Below, piece after piece: positions 20,090-29,646 of a DNA stretch of 64,000 bases (position 1 is its first letter; each line of letters opens with the position of its first letter). The stretch spans positions 64,001 through 128,000 of IMG/VR virus record IMGVR_UViG_3300029319_009044; one strand, 5' to 3'. A program made the position numbers and the translations under genes. The stretch comes from a virus. The notes below the pieces were generated by a model that had not been told where the DNA came from, made no database searches, and saw only the letters and a program-made list of their open reading frames with translations.

Positions 20090-20758
20090 ATGGAATCAAT
20101 GGGTAAATTTGAAAAGATCTTTTATAAGTTACTGGAAAACAATATTGCTGGTGGTGGTGGAGCTTTAGGAGATACAGCAGCCGTATACGATCCTGCAGCA
20201 GGTAGAATATCTTCTAATGATGATGTTTATGCACCAGGAGACGCTAGGAGACCTAAAGTATTAGGAAAGGTCGTATCAAGAGCTGGTACAGTTGGAAGTA
20301 AGAAAAAGAAAAAGAAGAAGGAAAAAGACGGTTTAGATGGAGTATATTTAACTGGTGAGAATGAAGAAAATGAAGTGGTGAGTGAAATTGCTCCAGTAGT
20401 ATTAGGTCTTGCTAGAGGTGCTGCAGCAGCTGGTAGAGGTGTTGCTGCTACTGGTAAAGCTTTATCAAGGGGAGCTAGAGTGGTAGCTCCTAAAGTAAAA
20501 AGTGCTGTTAAAAAAGCCGGGGAGTTAGCTATGGCTTCTCCTGTAGATGATATAGCTGCTGCAGCTGTAGATAGTGTAGTTAAAAAATTTAAAAAGAAAG
20601 ATAAAGAAGAAGAGGTGCCTGAGGAAGATGCAGAAAAGAAAAAAGCTGATAGATGTAAGCGTAGAGCAGATTCAGTTTATGGTAAAAAGACATCAGCTTA
20701 CAAGTCTGGGGCCATTGTAAGATGTAGACAAGGTAAAATTTGGAAGAAGAAAAAATGA
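20090..20758 (+). CDS. Modular late protein, probable internal head protein
   Basis: TATAAATA at 20074-20081; YAPGDARRPK segment, basic modules and an EEDAE linker. Confidence 0.6.
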   Translation: MESMGKFEKIFYKLLENNIAGGGGALGDTAAVYDPAAGRISSNDDVYAPGDARRPKVLGKVVSRAGTVGSKKKKKKKEKDGLDGVYLTGENEENEVVSEIAPVVLGLARGAAAAGRGVAATGKALSRGARVVAPKVKSAVKKAGELAMASPVDDIAAAAVDSVVKKFKKKDKEEEVPEEDAEKKKADRCKRRADSVYGKKTSAYKSGAIVRCRQGKIWKKKK

Positions 20759-21501
20759 CCCAAAAAGAACTACTCGAAGCTAGCGACTCTCTTCGTCAAT
20801 GGTTTAAGAGAGGTGGGACTGATCCTAAGACTGGTAAAAAGTTTAAGGGTTGGATAAATTGTAAGACAGGAGGACCTTGTGGACGTAAGTCTAAAAAATC
20901 AGGAGGTAGTTACCCTGCTTGCAGACCTACTAAAGCTGCATGTAATAAGATAAAGGGTAAAATGTATAAAAAGAAAAGCTCAAAGAGAGTTAATTGGAAG
21001 AAAAAGAGTGAAAATGCTGAAGAGCCTAAAAAAGGTACTGGTAAAAAACCAAAGGGTTCAAGTAGAAGATTATATACTGATGAAAATCCTAAGGATACAG
21101 TAAGTGTAAAATATAGTACAGTGGGGGATATAAGAGAGACTCTTAACAAATCTTCGTTTAAGAGTAAGTCTCATGCAAGACAGTCACAAATAATTAATTT
21201 GATACATCAAAGAGTAAGAGCAGCTCGTGGTAGAGTAAAAGATCCACAAAAGAAAAAAAGTTTAGCTGCTGCTTTTGAATACATTACAAAGAAAAAAGAA
21301 GCTAGTAAGCGTAAGACTAAACGTATGAGAGAAGAAGATGCTGAAAAGAAAAATATACATAAGCCCGTAAAGCCCGGTATACTTAAAAAGCGTTTAGGTA
21401 GCTTATCATGTAGTAAGGTAAGAGGTGCTAAAAGTAAATTAAAAAATAAAGGTACACATTATGCAAAGGCTTTACAGCGCTATTTAAATTATCATTGTTA
21501 G
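20755..21501 (+). CDS. Highly basic modular late protein
   Basis: ATG at 20755 overlaps the upstream TGA. Modules LRQWF..GWINCKTGGPCGR..YPACRP, RRLYTDENPKDTV and a C-terminal Cys module are separated by ENAE/EDAE. Confidence 0.65.
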   Translation: MTQKELLEASDSLRQWFKRGGTDPKTGKKFKGWINCKTGGPCGRKSKKSGGSYPACRPTKAACNKIKGKMYKKKSSKRVNWKKKSENAEEPKKGTGKKPKGSSRRLYTDENPKDTVSVKYSTVGDIRETLNKSSFKSKSHARQSQIINLIHQRVRAARGRVKDPQKKKSLAAAFEYITKKKEASKRKTKRMREEDAEKKNIHKPVKPGILKKRLGSLSCSKVRGAKSKLKNKGTHYAKALQRYLNYHC

Positions 21502-21514
21502 AATAAATATTGTT

Positions 21515-22210
21515 ATGAAATTCGACGACCTAGTAAAGCGTATAATAGAAGAAAATTGGGAAAAGGGTACTTCTAAAGCTCCAAAAGGTAAATCATTTGA
21601 TATGGAAAGAGGTGGAGCTCCTAGTAATGTAGATGCAGCTAGGGATGGTTCGGGGGGTAGATACAGACGGACTCGTCCTCCTAGTGCACCTTCGAAAAAG
21701 ACCCATGGTGAAATGGAAGAATCACCTAAAGAGGATAATGAAAAGAAAAAATCTGATAAGGTAAAAATTTATAGAGGTAAAGATTATAAAGTAAAAGTCG
21801 AGAAGGGTAAAAGATTTACAAAGAATGGTATTTATATGAAAGTATATTATCAAAATCCTAGTCTATCTAAAGAGAGACATAAACAAATAGCTAATCAAAT
21901 ACATAGAGCTATATCAGATGAAGAGTCGCCTGAAGAAGATGCAGAATATAGAGGGAGAAAAGTAAAACTTAACAAACCTACGAGAGGTGATGTTAAAAAG
22001 TTTAAAGTATACGTTAAAGATCCGAAAACAGGTAACGTTAAAAAGGTAAACTTCGGTCATGGAGGTACATCTGCTAAAAGAAAGGGTGAAAAGACGATGA
22101 AGATTCGTAAAAGTAATCCAAAAGCTCGTAAATCATTTAGAGCTAGACATAATTGTGATAATCCTGGTCCAAAGACTAAAGCTAGGTATTGGTCTTGTAG
22201 AAAGTGGTAG
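21515..22210 (+). CDS. Basic modular late protein ending in the RKSFRARHNC...ARYWSCRKW module seen in T4-like phages
   Basis: AATAAATA-N5-ATG; EDNE and EDAE linkers; YRGRKVKLNKP...KKVNFG module. Confidence 0.65.
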   Translation: MKFDDLVKRIIEENWEKGTSKAPKGKSFDMERGGAPSNVDAARDGSGGRYRRTRPPSAPSKKTHGEMEESPKEDNEKKKSDKVKIYRGKDYKVKVEKGKRFTKNGIYMKVYYQNPSLSKERHKQIANQIHRAISDEESPEEDAEYRGRKVKLNKPTRGDVKKFKVYVKDPKTGNVKKVNFGHGGTSAKRKGEKTMKIRKSNPKARKSFRARHNCDNPGPKTKARYWSCRKW

Positions 22211-22602
22211 ATTTAGGTCATTGGGAGGGGGTTCTAGAGGAAAATGTGGACCTACCTTATGGTTTCATTTATAAGATAACTAATCTTACTAATGATAAAA
22301 AATATATTGGTAAGAAGCAGTGTCAATCAATAAAAAAACGACCTCCTTTGAAAGGTAAAAAGAATAAACGTCACGAAAAAATAGAAACAGATTGGAAAAC
22401 CTACACTTCTTCATCAAATGAACTTAATAAAGACTTAGAACAGTTAGGAAAGGATAATTTTAAGTTTGAAATACTTAGATGGTGTGATTCTAAGTGGGAG
22501 TTGAGTTATTACGAAGCTAGATTACAATTTAAAGAAGAAGTATTGCTACGTAATGACTACTATAACGGAATCATCAATGTTAGAATCGGAGGCCGTAAGT
22601 GA
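22204..22602 (+). CDS. GIY-YIG endonuclease (stand-alone)
   Basis: YGFIYKITN..KKYIGKK, WKTYTSS, FKFEIL, YYN. Confidence 0.85.
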   Translation: MVDLGHWEGVLEENVDLPYGFIYKITNLTNDKKYIGKKQCQSIKKRPPLKGKKNKRHEKIETDWKTYTSSSNELNKDLEQLGKDNFKFEILRWCDSKWELSYYEARLQFKEEVLLRNDYYNGIINVRIGGRK

Positions 22603-23047
22603 TCCTGTACGTGGTTTTGAGTTTATTGATCTTAATAAGTGTCTAGCGAGGTCTTTTAACCAATATTTGTTGTATATTACTGAAAATGAGCTAAAATTAA
22701 CAAGAAAAGATAAGAATAAGCTTGGTATTCACTTTATTATAAAAGAGTTAGTTAAAGTTTGTAAAAAAACTAATAATAAAAAATGGTTTTACTACAAAAC
22801 TAACGGTAAATCTATTGAACATACGCTTATAAAACGTATTTTTAATGCTTTACCTACTAATATCACTTACAATGAAGGTAGTTTTAGTACATTTCTAGAA
22901 GAAAGAGATTACATTTCATTTGCTAAGAAGGATACATCAGCAGTTTCTTTCTATAAGTTTAGATTATTTCTTCGTAGATATGAATTACAACAAATAGAAA
23001 AAGAGTTTCTATCTAATATAAATATAAAACTCTCGTTACTTCCATAA
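22553..23047 (+). CDS. Hypothetical protein
   Basis: 164-aa ORF; the true start may be downstream. Confidence 0.55.
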   Translation: MTTITESSMLESEAVSDPVRGFEFIDLNKCLARSFNQYLLYITENELKLTRKDKNKLGIHFIIKELVKVCKKTNNKKWFYYKTNGKSIEHTLIKRIFNALPTNITYNEGSFSTFLEERDYISFAKKDTSAVSFYKFRLFLRRYELQQIEKEFLSNINIKLSLLP

Positions 23048-23055
23048 ATATATAC

Positions 23056-23403
23056 ATGAGTAAATTTTTGAATTTGGTTGAAGATAATAGACCAGAAAAA
23101 GACATTGATGAACTTACTAATGCTAAAAGATCTTTGCAGCGGCTTTTACTAAAAAATAAAATCGAAGCACATGGAATAGCTTTTCAAGATATATTACGAG
23201 TAAGATTAGATGATGGTCGAGTTGTTGAACTAGAGGTTAAAGATGTTCAACGTCCAGAGGATAATGAAATGCTCAATAAAGAATTTGAAAGTAAAGCAAA
23301 AACTGATCAAAGATATGCTAAGGCTTTAAAAGATAGAAAAGATGCTTTAGATAAAAAGTTAATGGACTTTGAAAAAGAAACGCAAGAAATAGAAACATCG
23401 TGA
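23056..23403 (+). CDS. Hypothetical late protein
   Basis: CATAAATA-N5-ATG; N-terminus MSKFLNLVE; contains EDNE. Confidence 0.6.
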   Translation: MSKFLNLVEDNRPEKDIDELTNAKRSLQRLLLKNKIEAHGIAFQDILRVRLDDGRVVELEVKDVQRPEDNEMLNKEFESKAKTDQRYAKALKDRKDALDKKLMDFEKETQEIETS

Positions 23404-23933
23404 AAACTTTAAAATTAATAGAAAGTTACATGCGTATACTTGAGCAGGATGATACTGAAGTAGAGGATGTAAAAATAGATGCTGAGGTTGATAAGTCTGA
23501 ACCTTCTCCTGGCGAACAATCTATCGCAGAGTTGATTGCCTCAGCTTTCGCTTATTTACCTACTGATCAAGAAGCTGAAACTGTAGAGGAATTAGAAATA
23601 AAAAAGGTTGGTACACATAATCAAGCTCCTCCAACTAAAGATATTAATCCTCGTTCTGTAATAAAGAGTGTTATTTCAAGATTACCTGTTGGTTTAAGAG
23701 CAGTATATACTAGAGGACCTGGTTTAGGTGGCATTACACCTGAATCGGAGATATATTTAGCTCAAATATTAGCTGATGCGTTTAGATATAAACCAACTTC
23801 ACAAGATGCTCATATAGCTAGTACAGTTAATAAACAATTTAATGATACTGAACCAATGAAAGTAATTGAAACTATTGAAAGATTACTTCAGTTTTCAGAT
23901 GAACCCTTAGAAGATGAACTTTTAGACAATTAA
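23400..23933 (+). CDS. Hypothetical protein with internal duplication
   Basis: EQSIAELIASAFAYLPT and EIYLAQILADAFRYKPT are two copies of one helical unit. Confidence 0.6.
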   Translation: MKTLKLIESYMRILEQDDTEVEDVKIDAEVDKSEPSPGEQSIAELIASAFAYLPTDQEAETVEELEIKKVGTHNQAPPTKDINPRSVIKSVISRLPVGLRAVYTRGPGLGGITPESEIYLAQILADAFRYKPTSQDAHIASTVNKQFNDTEPMKVIETIERLLQFSDEPLEDELLDN

Positions 23934-23937
23934 TATT

Positions 23938-24993
23938 ATGCAGTGGGAATTAGAAAAGATTTATAAAGAACAAGTTAAAGGTAATATACCTCCTCGTAAA
24001 CATTTACGTGTTATAGGAGAGAATGTAGGTTTATATACTAAAGGAGAAGAAGGTTATAATCATATTGGAGATGTTTCAGATGATAACTTTAAAAAAATTA
24101 CTAGATTAGCGTCAGACGGAAATGCTAAAGATGAAATAGAAGATTATTTAACTAAAAAATCTTATACTACAGATTCCTTTAAAGGTGAAGATGATTATAG
24201 AGTTTTGGTAGACTTACTTGATGATGGTGCTTTTGAAGAATATATTGGTCAAGATAAACCTTCACTAGAAAAAAATAAATTAGGTAATATTATTAACATA
24301 TCTTCTAAAGTGGGTTTAGATACAAAGATGGCAGAGCGCTTAGCAAGATTTACACCTATTGATAAAGGTGGTAGCAATGTAGGACCTGGAGAAATTTTAC
24401 TCGCGTTAACGTTTAATGATGTATCTAATTCAACTATTGGGGGTGATTTAATGTTAGGTGATCAAAAGCTTGAAGTTAAAGGTCAAGGAGGTAGATTTGG
24501 TCAACAACCTGGTAGAGGAGGAGTAGCTTTTTCTGTTAATCAAGTTGAGGAAGGGTTAGATAAGAAACTTGATCTCGATAATGTAGTTTCTTTAGAGAAA
24601 CTTATAAGTTCTTTATATAACGCTTATAAGCAAGAAGGAAAAGAAAAAGAGTTTATTCCTAGATTACATGAAACTTTAAAAACAGCTTACCCTGGAGCTG
24701 ATTTAAATTATTTAAACAATTCTACTGATTTTAACGACTTAGGTACAAGGCAAGGTAGACGAATTCTACCAGGAGCTATTAGAAAAGCTTTAGGTAAAAT
24801 TAATTTTGATTACTATTCATCTAAATATGATACTGATTTATATATTTTTATTGATAAGAAAAGTTTAAATTACGCTCTATTTACTAAAGATGATGTTTTA
24901 AAAGATGGGGGTTTAATAGATCAAAATATTTTAAAATCTGATAGTTTTTCTAGAAACACCTTATATCCAAACTTTATATACATTTTTAAATGA
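23938..24993 (+). CDS. Putative PD-(D/E)xK nuclease-fold protein
   Basis: VGPGEILLAL...GGDL.....LEVKG fits the E..D..(E)xK pattern. Confidence 0.55.
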   Translation: MQWELEKIYKEQVKGNIPPRKHLRVIGENVGLYTKGEEGYNHIGDVSDDNFKKITRLASDGNAKDEIEDYLTKKSYTTDSFKGEDDYRVLVDLLDDGAFEEYIGQDKPSLEKNKLGNIINISSKVGLDTKMAERLARFTPIDKGGSNVGPGEILLALTFNDVSNSTIGGDLMLGDQKLEVKGQGGRFGQQPGRGGVAFSVNQVEEGLDKKLDLDNVVSLEKLISSLYNAYKQEGKEKEFIPRLHETLKTAYPGADLNYLNNSTDFNDLGTRQGRRILPGAIRKALGKINFDYYSSKYDTDLYIFIDKKSLNYALFTKDDVLKDGGLIDQNILKSDSFSRNTLYPNFIYIFK

Positions 24994-26201
24994 AAAGCTT
25001 TAAACTATATTTCGAACAATACGAGCTTTTAAACGAAGCTAAGGCTAATACTCACCTTACACATTTAGAAGAGCTTATCCTTACTAAGGGAGAAGGCGGC
25101 TATAAGACTGCAAGAGGTTTTATAACCGATTTGCTTTCACATTTACAGGGTAAGAGTAAAAGAAAAGTAAATACATCAGTTAAATGGGATGGCGCTCCTG
25201 CTATTTTTGCTGGTAAGCATCCAGAGACTGGTAAATTTTTTGTAGGTACTAAATCTATATTCAATAGAGAGCCTAAAATTAATTATACAGATAACGACGT
25301 TGAGATGAATCATGGTCATGCTCCTGGTTTAGCAGATAAATTAAAGAAAGCTCTTAAGTATCTTCCTAAGCTTGGTATTAAAGGTATACTTCAAGGTGAT
25401 TTTATGTTTGATTCTTCATCTGTTAACAAGGAAGTTATTGATGGAGTAGATCATTTTACATTTAAACCAAACACTATTAAGTATGCTGTAGAGAAAGATT
25501 CTAAATTAGGTCGTGAAATAGCTAATTCAGTATTTGGTATTGTATTTCATACAGGATATGCTGACTTAAATAGTCCTCCACAATATGGTATTAATGTAAA
25601 AGGACTTAAAAAGGTACCAGGTGTATGGGTTGATGATGCTATATTTACTGATTCTACTGGAACAGTTACACTTACGACAGATGAAGCAAAACAAGTAAGA
25701 GATTATGTAAAGACAGCAGATTCAATAAAAGTTGATTATAGAGATTTACCTTTAGATTTACTAAACATTTACGCTAATTCTGAGATTCAAAAGGGTATGT
25801 TTTTAGAAGACCCTGAAGTTTCATTTAATAACTTTGTTGATTGGTTCAAAGGTAGAATGACTAAAGAGATTGAAAAGAGAAAGTCTAAAGCTGGAAAACT
25901 TAAAGTAGAAGAAAGTTTTAAGAAGAAAATGGCTGAATTCAATCAGCAAAAAGATGATATAGTAAATATTTTTAAGGTAAGTAAATTACTTTCACAAGCT
26001 AAACAAATCTTTATTAACAAGTATAATAATGCTGTATATAATACTAAGCATTTCTTAGATGCAGAAGATGGTACATTAAAAGTAACTTCACCAGAAGGTT
26101 ACGTAAGTGTATCTAAAGCTGGTGATGCTGTAAAGCTTGTAGATAGATTAGAGTTTAGTCGTGCTAACTTTAGTGGAGGTCAAACAAGTACAAAAAAATG
26201 A
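24990..26201 (+). CDS. RNA-ligase-like nucleotidyltransferase (DUF6267-like)
   Basis: HLTHLEE, motif I KWDG, LQGDFMF, motif IV EGYV, motif V VKLVDR. Confidence 0.65.
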   Translation: MKSFKLYFEQYELLNEAKANTHLTHLEELILTKGEGGYKTARGFITDLLSHLQGKSKRKVNTSVKWDGAPAIFAGKHPETGKFFVGTKSIFNREPKINYTDNDVEMNHGHAPGLADKLKKALKYLPKLGIKGILQGDFMFDSSSVNKEVIDGVDHFTFKPNTIKYAVEKDSKLGREIANSVFGIVFHTGYADLNSPPQYGINVKGLKKVPGVWVDDAIFTDSTGTVTLTTDEAKQVRDYVKTADSIKVDYRDLPLDLLNIYANSEIQKGMFLEDPEVSFNNFVDWFKGRMTKEIEKRKSKAGKLKVEESFKKKMAEFNQQKDDIVNIFKVSKLLSQAKQIFINKYNNAVYNTKHFLDAEDGTLKVTSPEGYVSVSKAGDAVKLVDRLEFSRANFSGGQTSTKK

Positions 26202-26701
26202 AAACATTTAGAGAATATTTTGAAGAAAACAAAGCTATTGAGTCACTTAAAGGGTGGAAGCATGATGATGCTCAAAAATATGCAATAAAATTAATTAAGC
26301 AATTTGGTGAACCTGATGAGGTAACTGAAAGTATGCTACTTTGGAATAATATAGAGCCGCCATTTGAATCTGTTTATATAAAAGATGAAAGTATACCTCA
26401 TGATTTTCCAGCTTCTCATAGAGATTTTGTTTATTCAACTATGAATATAGACGTACCAGCTGATATGTTAGATACGTTAGGTCATGTTACTGGTAGTATT
26501 ATTTATGATGGTCTTAAAAAAGAAGTAACTGCAAGATGCGGTGACTTATATGCTAATGCAGCTACTTTAGGTTTTGTAAAAGATATGGTTGATGGTAAGA
26601 TTTCAACTGATTTTGAAGAAGCTAAAAAAGAGTATGCTAATAGGATTCAAAAAGCTCCTCTACCTGATTGGTATCCAGATAGTATGGAGGAAGATAAATG
26701 A
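26198..26701 (+). CDS. Hypothetical protein with capsid-targeting-like N-terminus
   Basis: Begins MKTFREYFEE; contains IPHDFP..H.DF and ARC. Confidence 0.6.
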   Translation: MKTFREYFEENKAIESLKGWKHDDAQKYAIKLIKQFGEPDEVTESMLLWNNIEPPFESVYIKDESIPHDFPASHRDFVYSTMNIDVPADMLDTLGHVTGSIIYDGLKKEVTARCGDLYANAATLGFVKDMVDGKISTDFEEAKKEYANRIQKAPLPDWYPDSMEEDK

Positions 26702-27237
26702 AGACTTTTAAAGAATATTTTGAAGATCAAGAATCTACTTCAGAAAAAGTAGCTCTTTTACCTGGTGGGTTTAAACCTCCTACTAAAGGTCACTTTAATG
26801 CTTTAAGGTATTTGCTACAGGATACAGATAAAGGTGTTGTTTTTATAGGAGGTAAAGAGAGAGACGGTATAACCCCTGAGCAATCAGAAAAAATATGGAA
26901 CATATATTCTAACTACTTAGGTAAACCTGTTAACGTTGTAGATGTACCAAATCCAGTTAGAGCAGTATACGAGTTTGCAGATGATAACTTAGATAAGACT
27001 TTATTTGTAGGTGCAGGAGCAAAAGATGAAGATGTAAAACGATATGCTTACTTTATCAATAATGTTGATAAGTACCCATTAGTTAATGTTGTAAAAATAC
27101 CTATGCAAGAAGGTGGTATTTCCGGAAGTCAAACACGTGAATTAATTAGTAAAGATATAGATAAAGCTTTAAATTATTTTGTTCCAGAAGAAGTTTCGTC
27201 TGATGATAAAGAACGAATAAAAAACATACTTGCATAA
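26698..27237 (+). CDS. HxGH-class nucleotidyltransferase (cytidyltransferase-like)
   Basis: LPGGFKPPTKGH and ISGSQTRE motifs. Confidence 0.8.
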   Translation: MKTFKEYFEDQESTSEKVALLPGGFKPPTKGHFNALRYLLQDTDKGVVFIGGKERDGITPEQSEKIWNIYSNYLGKPVNVVDVPNPVRAVYEFADDNLDKTLFVGAGAKDEDVKRYAYFINNVDKYPLVNVVKIPMQEGGISGSQTRELISKDIDKALNYFVPEEVSSDDKERIKNILA

Positions 27238-27245
27238 ATATTAAT

Positions 27246-27620
27246 ATGAGAGATCAAAAGCGTAAAGAAATGGCTTTAATGGAAGCTGCATATATGAATG
27301 TAGGGCATGGCTCAGATTGTCAATGCTCTAGTTGTATGGGTGAACATGATCAATCTGAAATAGATATGGCAGGTCGCGATCTTCTTAAAGCTAGAGAGTA
27401 CGCTGAAAAATTAAGTATGATGGTTCAACAATTACCTGGTCTCGAAGGGTGGGTAGCTTCTAAAATTACTAAAGCATCTGATTATCTTTCTTCTGTATTT
27501 CATTATCTAGATTATGAAATGAACGAAAAGGGTCATCATCAAAATGATCATGAGCAACAAATAGCTATAGTAGTTAAACCAGATCAAGGTAATTTTAACA
27601 AAGGATATGAAGAAGTTTAA
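27246..27620 (+). CDS. Hypothetical late protein
   Basis: CATAAATA-N5-ATG; LEGWVASKITKASDYLSSVFHYLDY module seen in T4-like phages. Confidence 0.6.
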   Translation: MRDQKRKEMALMEAAYMNVGHGSDCQCSSCMGEHDQSEIDMAGRDLLKAREYAEKLSMMVQQLPGLEGWVASKITKASDYLSSVFHYLDYEMNEKGHHQNDHEQQIAIVVKPDQGNFNKGYEEV

Positions 27621-28047
27621 ACAGTTCTTTGCAGAAAAGACTGTATTAGGTCTTATTGAATTTTTTGATGTAGATGGTGTAGGTAAGATTCCATCTAAAT
27701 TAGATTCTGGTAATGGTGCATTTAACGTTATACATGGTGAAGATATCCAAATACAAGGTAATAAGGTTCATTTCAAGACTGTTAATAATAAACGTCTAAT
27801 GAAAGATAAGGTTGACGATATTACTATTAATGTTGGAGCAGGTCATACTGAAGATAGACCTGTAGTTAATTTTGATTTAAAAATTGGTAACAAGGAATAT
27901 AAAGATATTCCATTTTCTGTAGGAGATAGAACTACTAACCTATTTAAAATATTAGTTAGTAAAGATTTTATTGAAAAAGAGCTTGACGCTCTAATAGATG
28001 TCAGTAAAGAAAATATAGCCCATAAGGATATAGAGGCAAATTATTAA
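27607..28047 (+). CDS. Retropepsin-like aspartic protease (RimK-associated type)
   Basis: KLDSGN catalytic motif, RPVV, F...DR, ILV..DF. Confidence 0.75.
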   Translation: MKKFKQFFAEKTVLGLIEFFDVDGVGKIPSKLDSGNGAFNVIHGEDIQIQGNKVHFKTVNNKRLMKDKVDDITINVGAGHTEDRPVVNFDLKIGNKEYKDIPFSVGDRTTNLFKILVSKDFIEKELDALIDVSKENIAHKDIEANY

Positions 28048-28574
28048 TACCAAGTTGGCTTCCATCTTGTAGTCCAGGTTGCGAAAGGTTTATCATAACG
28101 AATATATTCTCTATATTTGTCAATCGTTGAAAGATTATCAAAATTATCTATAAGTCTACAATCACAATCATTACTGATAGCTAGAGCATAACTAGTTAAA
28201 CCAGTCTTACTCATAATAGTATTATGAATATTTTTACCACACCATTCAATAAACGTTTTTGTAAAATGCTCTTTTGATTCAGGCCATCTATACATACGCT
28301 CATTAAACATTTCTAACGTGTGATCAACTAACCATTTAAAGTTATCTTTAGTTTCTCTAGCCCATATAGAGCATTGATGGTTAAAATAACCTTTACCTCT
28401 ACGTCTAGGTTTACCAGTAGAAGTTCTAGGTGTAGATGAATGATCTAATACTTCTTGCGGAAATGCATGCGCTAACATGATAGCACCTTCAATTTGCATT
28501 TTAGATCTTACGTGTTGATCACACAGATTATATGTAGAGACGATAGGATCGTCATCCGTCACAAAAATATTCAT
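28044..28574 (-). CDS. Pyrimidine-dimer DNA glycosylase/DenV-related family protein
   Basis: MNIF..DDDP....CDQHV.KM.IE, NHQCSIWARE, YREY..K. Confidence 0.75.
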   Translation of the reverse strand: MNIFVTDDDPIVSTYNLCDQHVRSKMQIEGAIMLAHAFPQEVLDHSSTPRTSTGKPRRRGKGYFNHQCSIWARETKDNFKWLVDHTLEMFNERMYRWPESKEHFTKTFIEWCGKNIHNTIMSKTGLTSYALAISNDCDCRLIDNFDNLSTIDKYREYIRYDKPFATWTTRWKPTWY

Positions 28575-28596
28575 TCCTTTATTGTAAAAATGTTCC

Positions 28597-29646
28597 TTAT
28601 CTTAATCCAGTAGATTCGAAAACATCTCTAGTAACACCAGCTTTAAAGCCACCTTCAATACCTTTTACTATAACTGATACAGCATTATGACTATGTAAGC
28701 TTTCGTTATGAGAAGCAACAATCTTAAAGTCTAAAATACGAGATTCATTAGTAAGCTTTTCATAAAGCAATCTAACAGCATCTTCTACAAACTTTAGATA
28801 AGCACCATTTTTCTCTGCAAATGCTTGCTCATCTTCTCTCTTAACCATAACTTGCGTTTCAGTTTGTAAAGCAGCTAAACATAACTCTTGAATATCTTCA
28901 ATCCAAAGCATATCTTCAAATCTAACACTTACACGAGCAACACTTCTTTGACTATGAGGTACAGTAGCTCTATTGCGATACTTTTCTGCATGCTCACTTA
29001 ACTCGAAGCTACAAGGACAAGCAGATGAATAAACAAAATCGAAATGAATATACTTTTTAAATTCACCTTCTTTAGTTAAATCACCTTCAAATACTACATC
29101 GTAATATTGATAACCTTCTAACCCGCTGCGTAAACTATTTTGTTTAATAGGGTAAGAAATCTTAAGCATTATTCTAGAATCAAAACATTTAAGATTATTT
29201 TTATAAGTTTCTAAAACATCTTTGATCTTATCAATACTAAATGTCTCATCTTTATGATCGTAAAAACTTCTCATAATACGTGACATATTGATACCTTTCT
29301 TATGAGCTTCTAAACTAACACTACCGGTAACACTTGTTTCTAGTTCAATAGTTTTACCGTTTCGCTTTTTATAAGTAAGAGGTAATTTAAAGTTATGAAT
29401 ACCTACTTGTTGTATAGGTACTGCTGCTCCTTGAATTAAACTAGAAGGTCCATTTTGTAGATCAGGTAAAGAGGAAATATATTTTTTAGTAGCATTAACT
29501 TTATCATCATAAACTCTAATAGGAGGAAAATAACTCTTACTATATTCACTACCCATTATTTCTTTTGCTACAATATCCTTTTCACCAGTTAGTTCATCAT
29601 CTTCACCTAACCACTCATAATTAGAATCTTCTTTACTTTTACTCAT
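28597..29646 (-). CDS. folE2: GTP cyclohydrolase IB
   Basis: LPDLQ, IQQVGI, KGINMSR, SACPCS, HSQRS, VKREDEQAFAE, FVEDAVR, ESLHSHNA. Confidence 0.92.
   Translation of the reverse strand: MSKSKEDSNYEWLGEDDELTGEKDIVAKEIMGSEYSKSYFPPIRVYDDKVNATKKYISSLPDLQNGPSSLIQGAAVPIQQVGIHNFKLPLTYKKRNGKTIELETSVTGSVSLEAHKKGINMSRIMRSFYDHKDETFSIDKIKDVLETYKNNLKCFDSRIMLKISYPIKQNSLRSGLEGYQYYDVVFEGDLTKEGEFKKYIHFDFVYSSACPCSFELSEHAEKYRNRATVPHSQRSVARVSVRFEDMLWIEDIQELCLAALQTETQVMVKREDEQAFAEKNGAYLKFVEDAVRLLYEKLTNESRILDFKIVASHNESLHSHNAVSVIVKGIEGGFKAGVTRDVFESTGLR

Noticed and set aside
22204-22602. Mobile homing endonuclease element
   Set aside because: Only the catalytic GIY-YIG domain is present, with no DNA-binding extension or intron context, so it is kept as an ordinary CDS.
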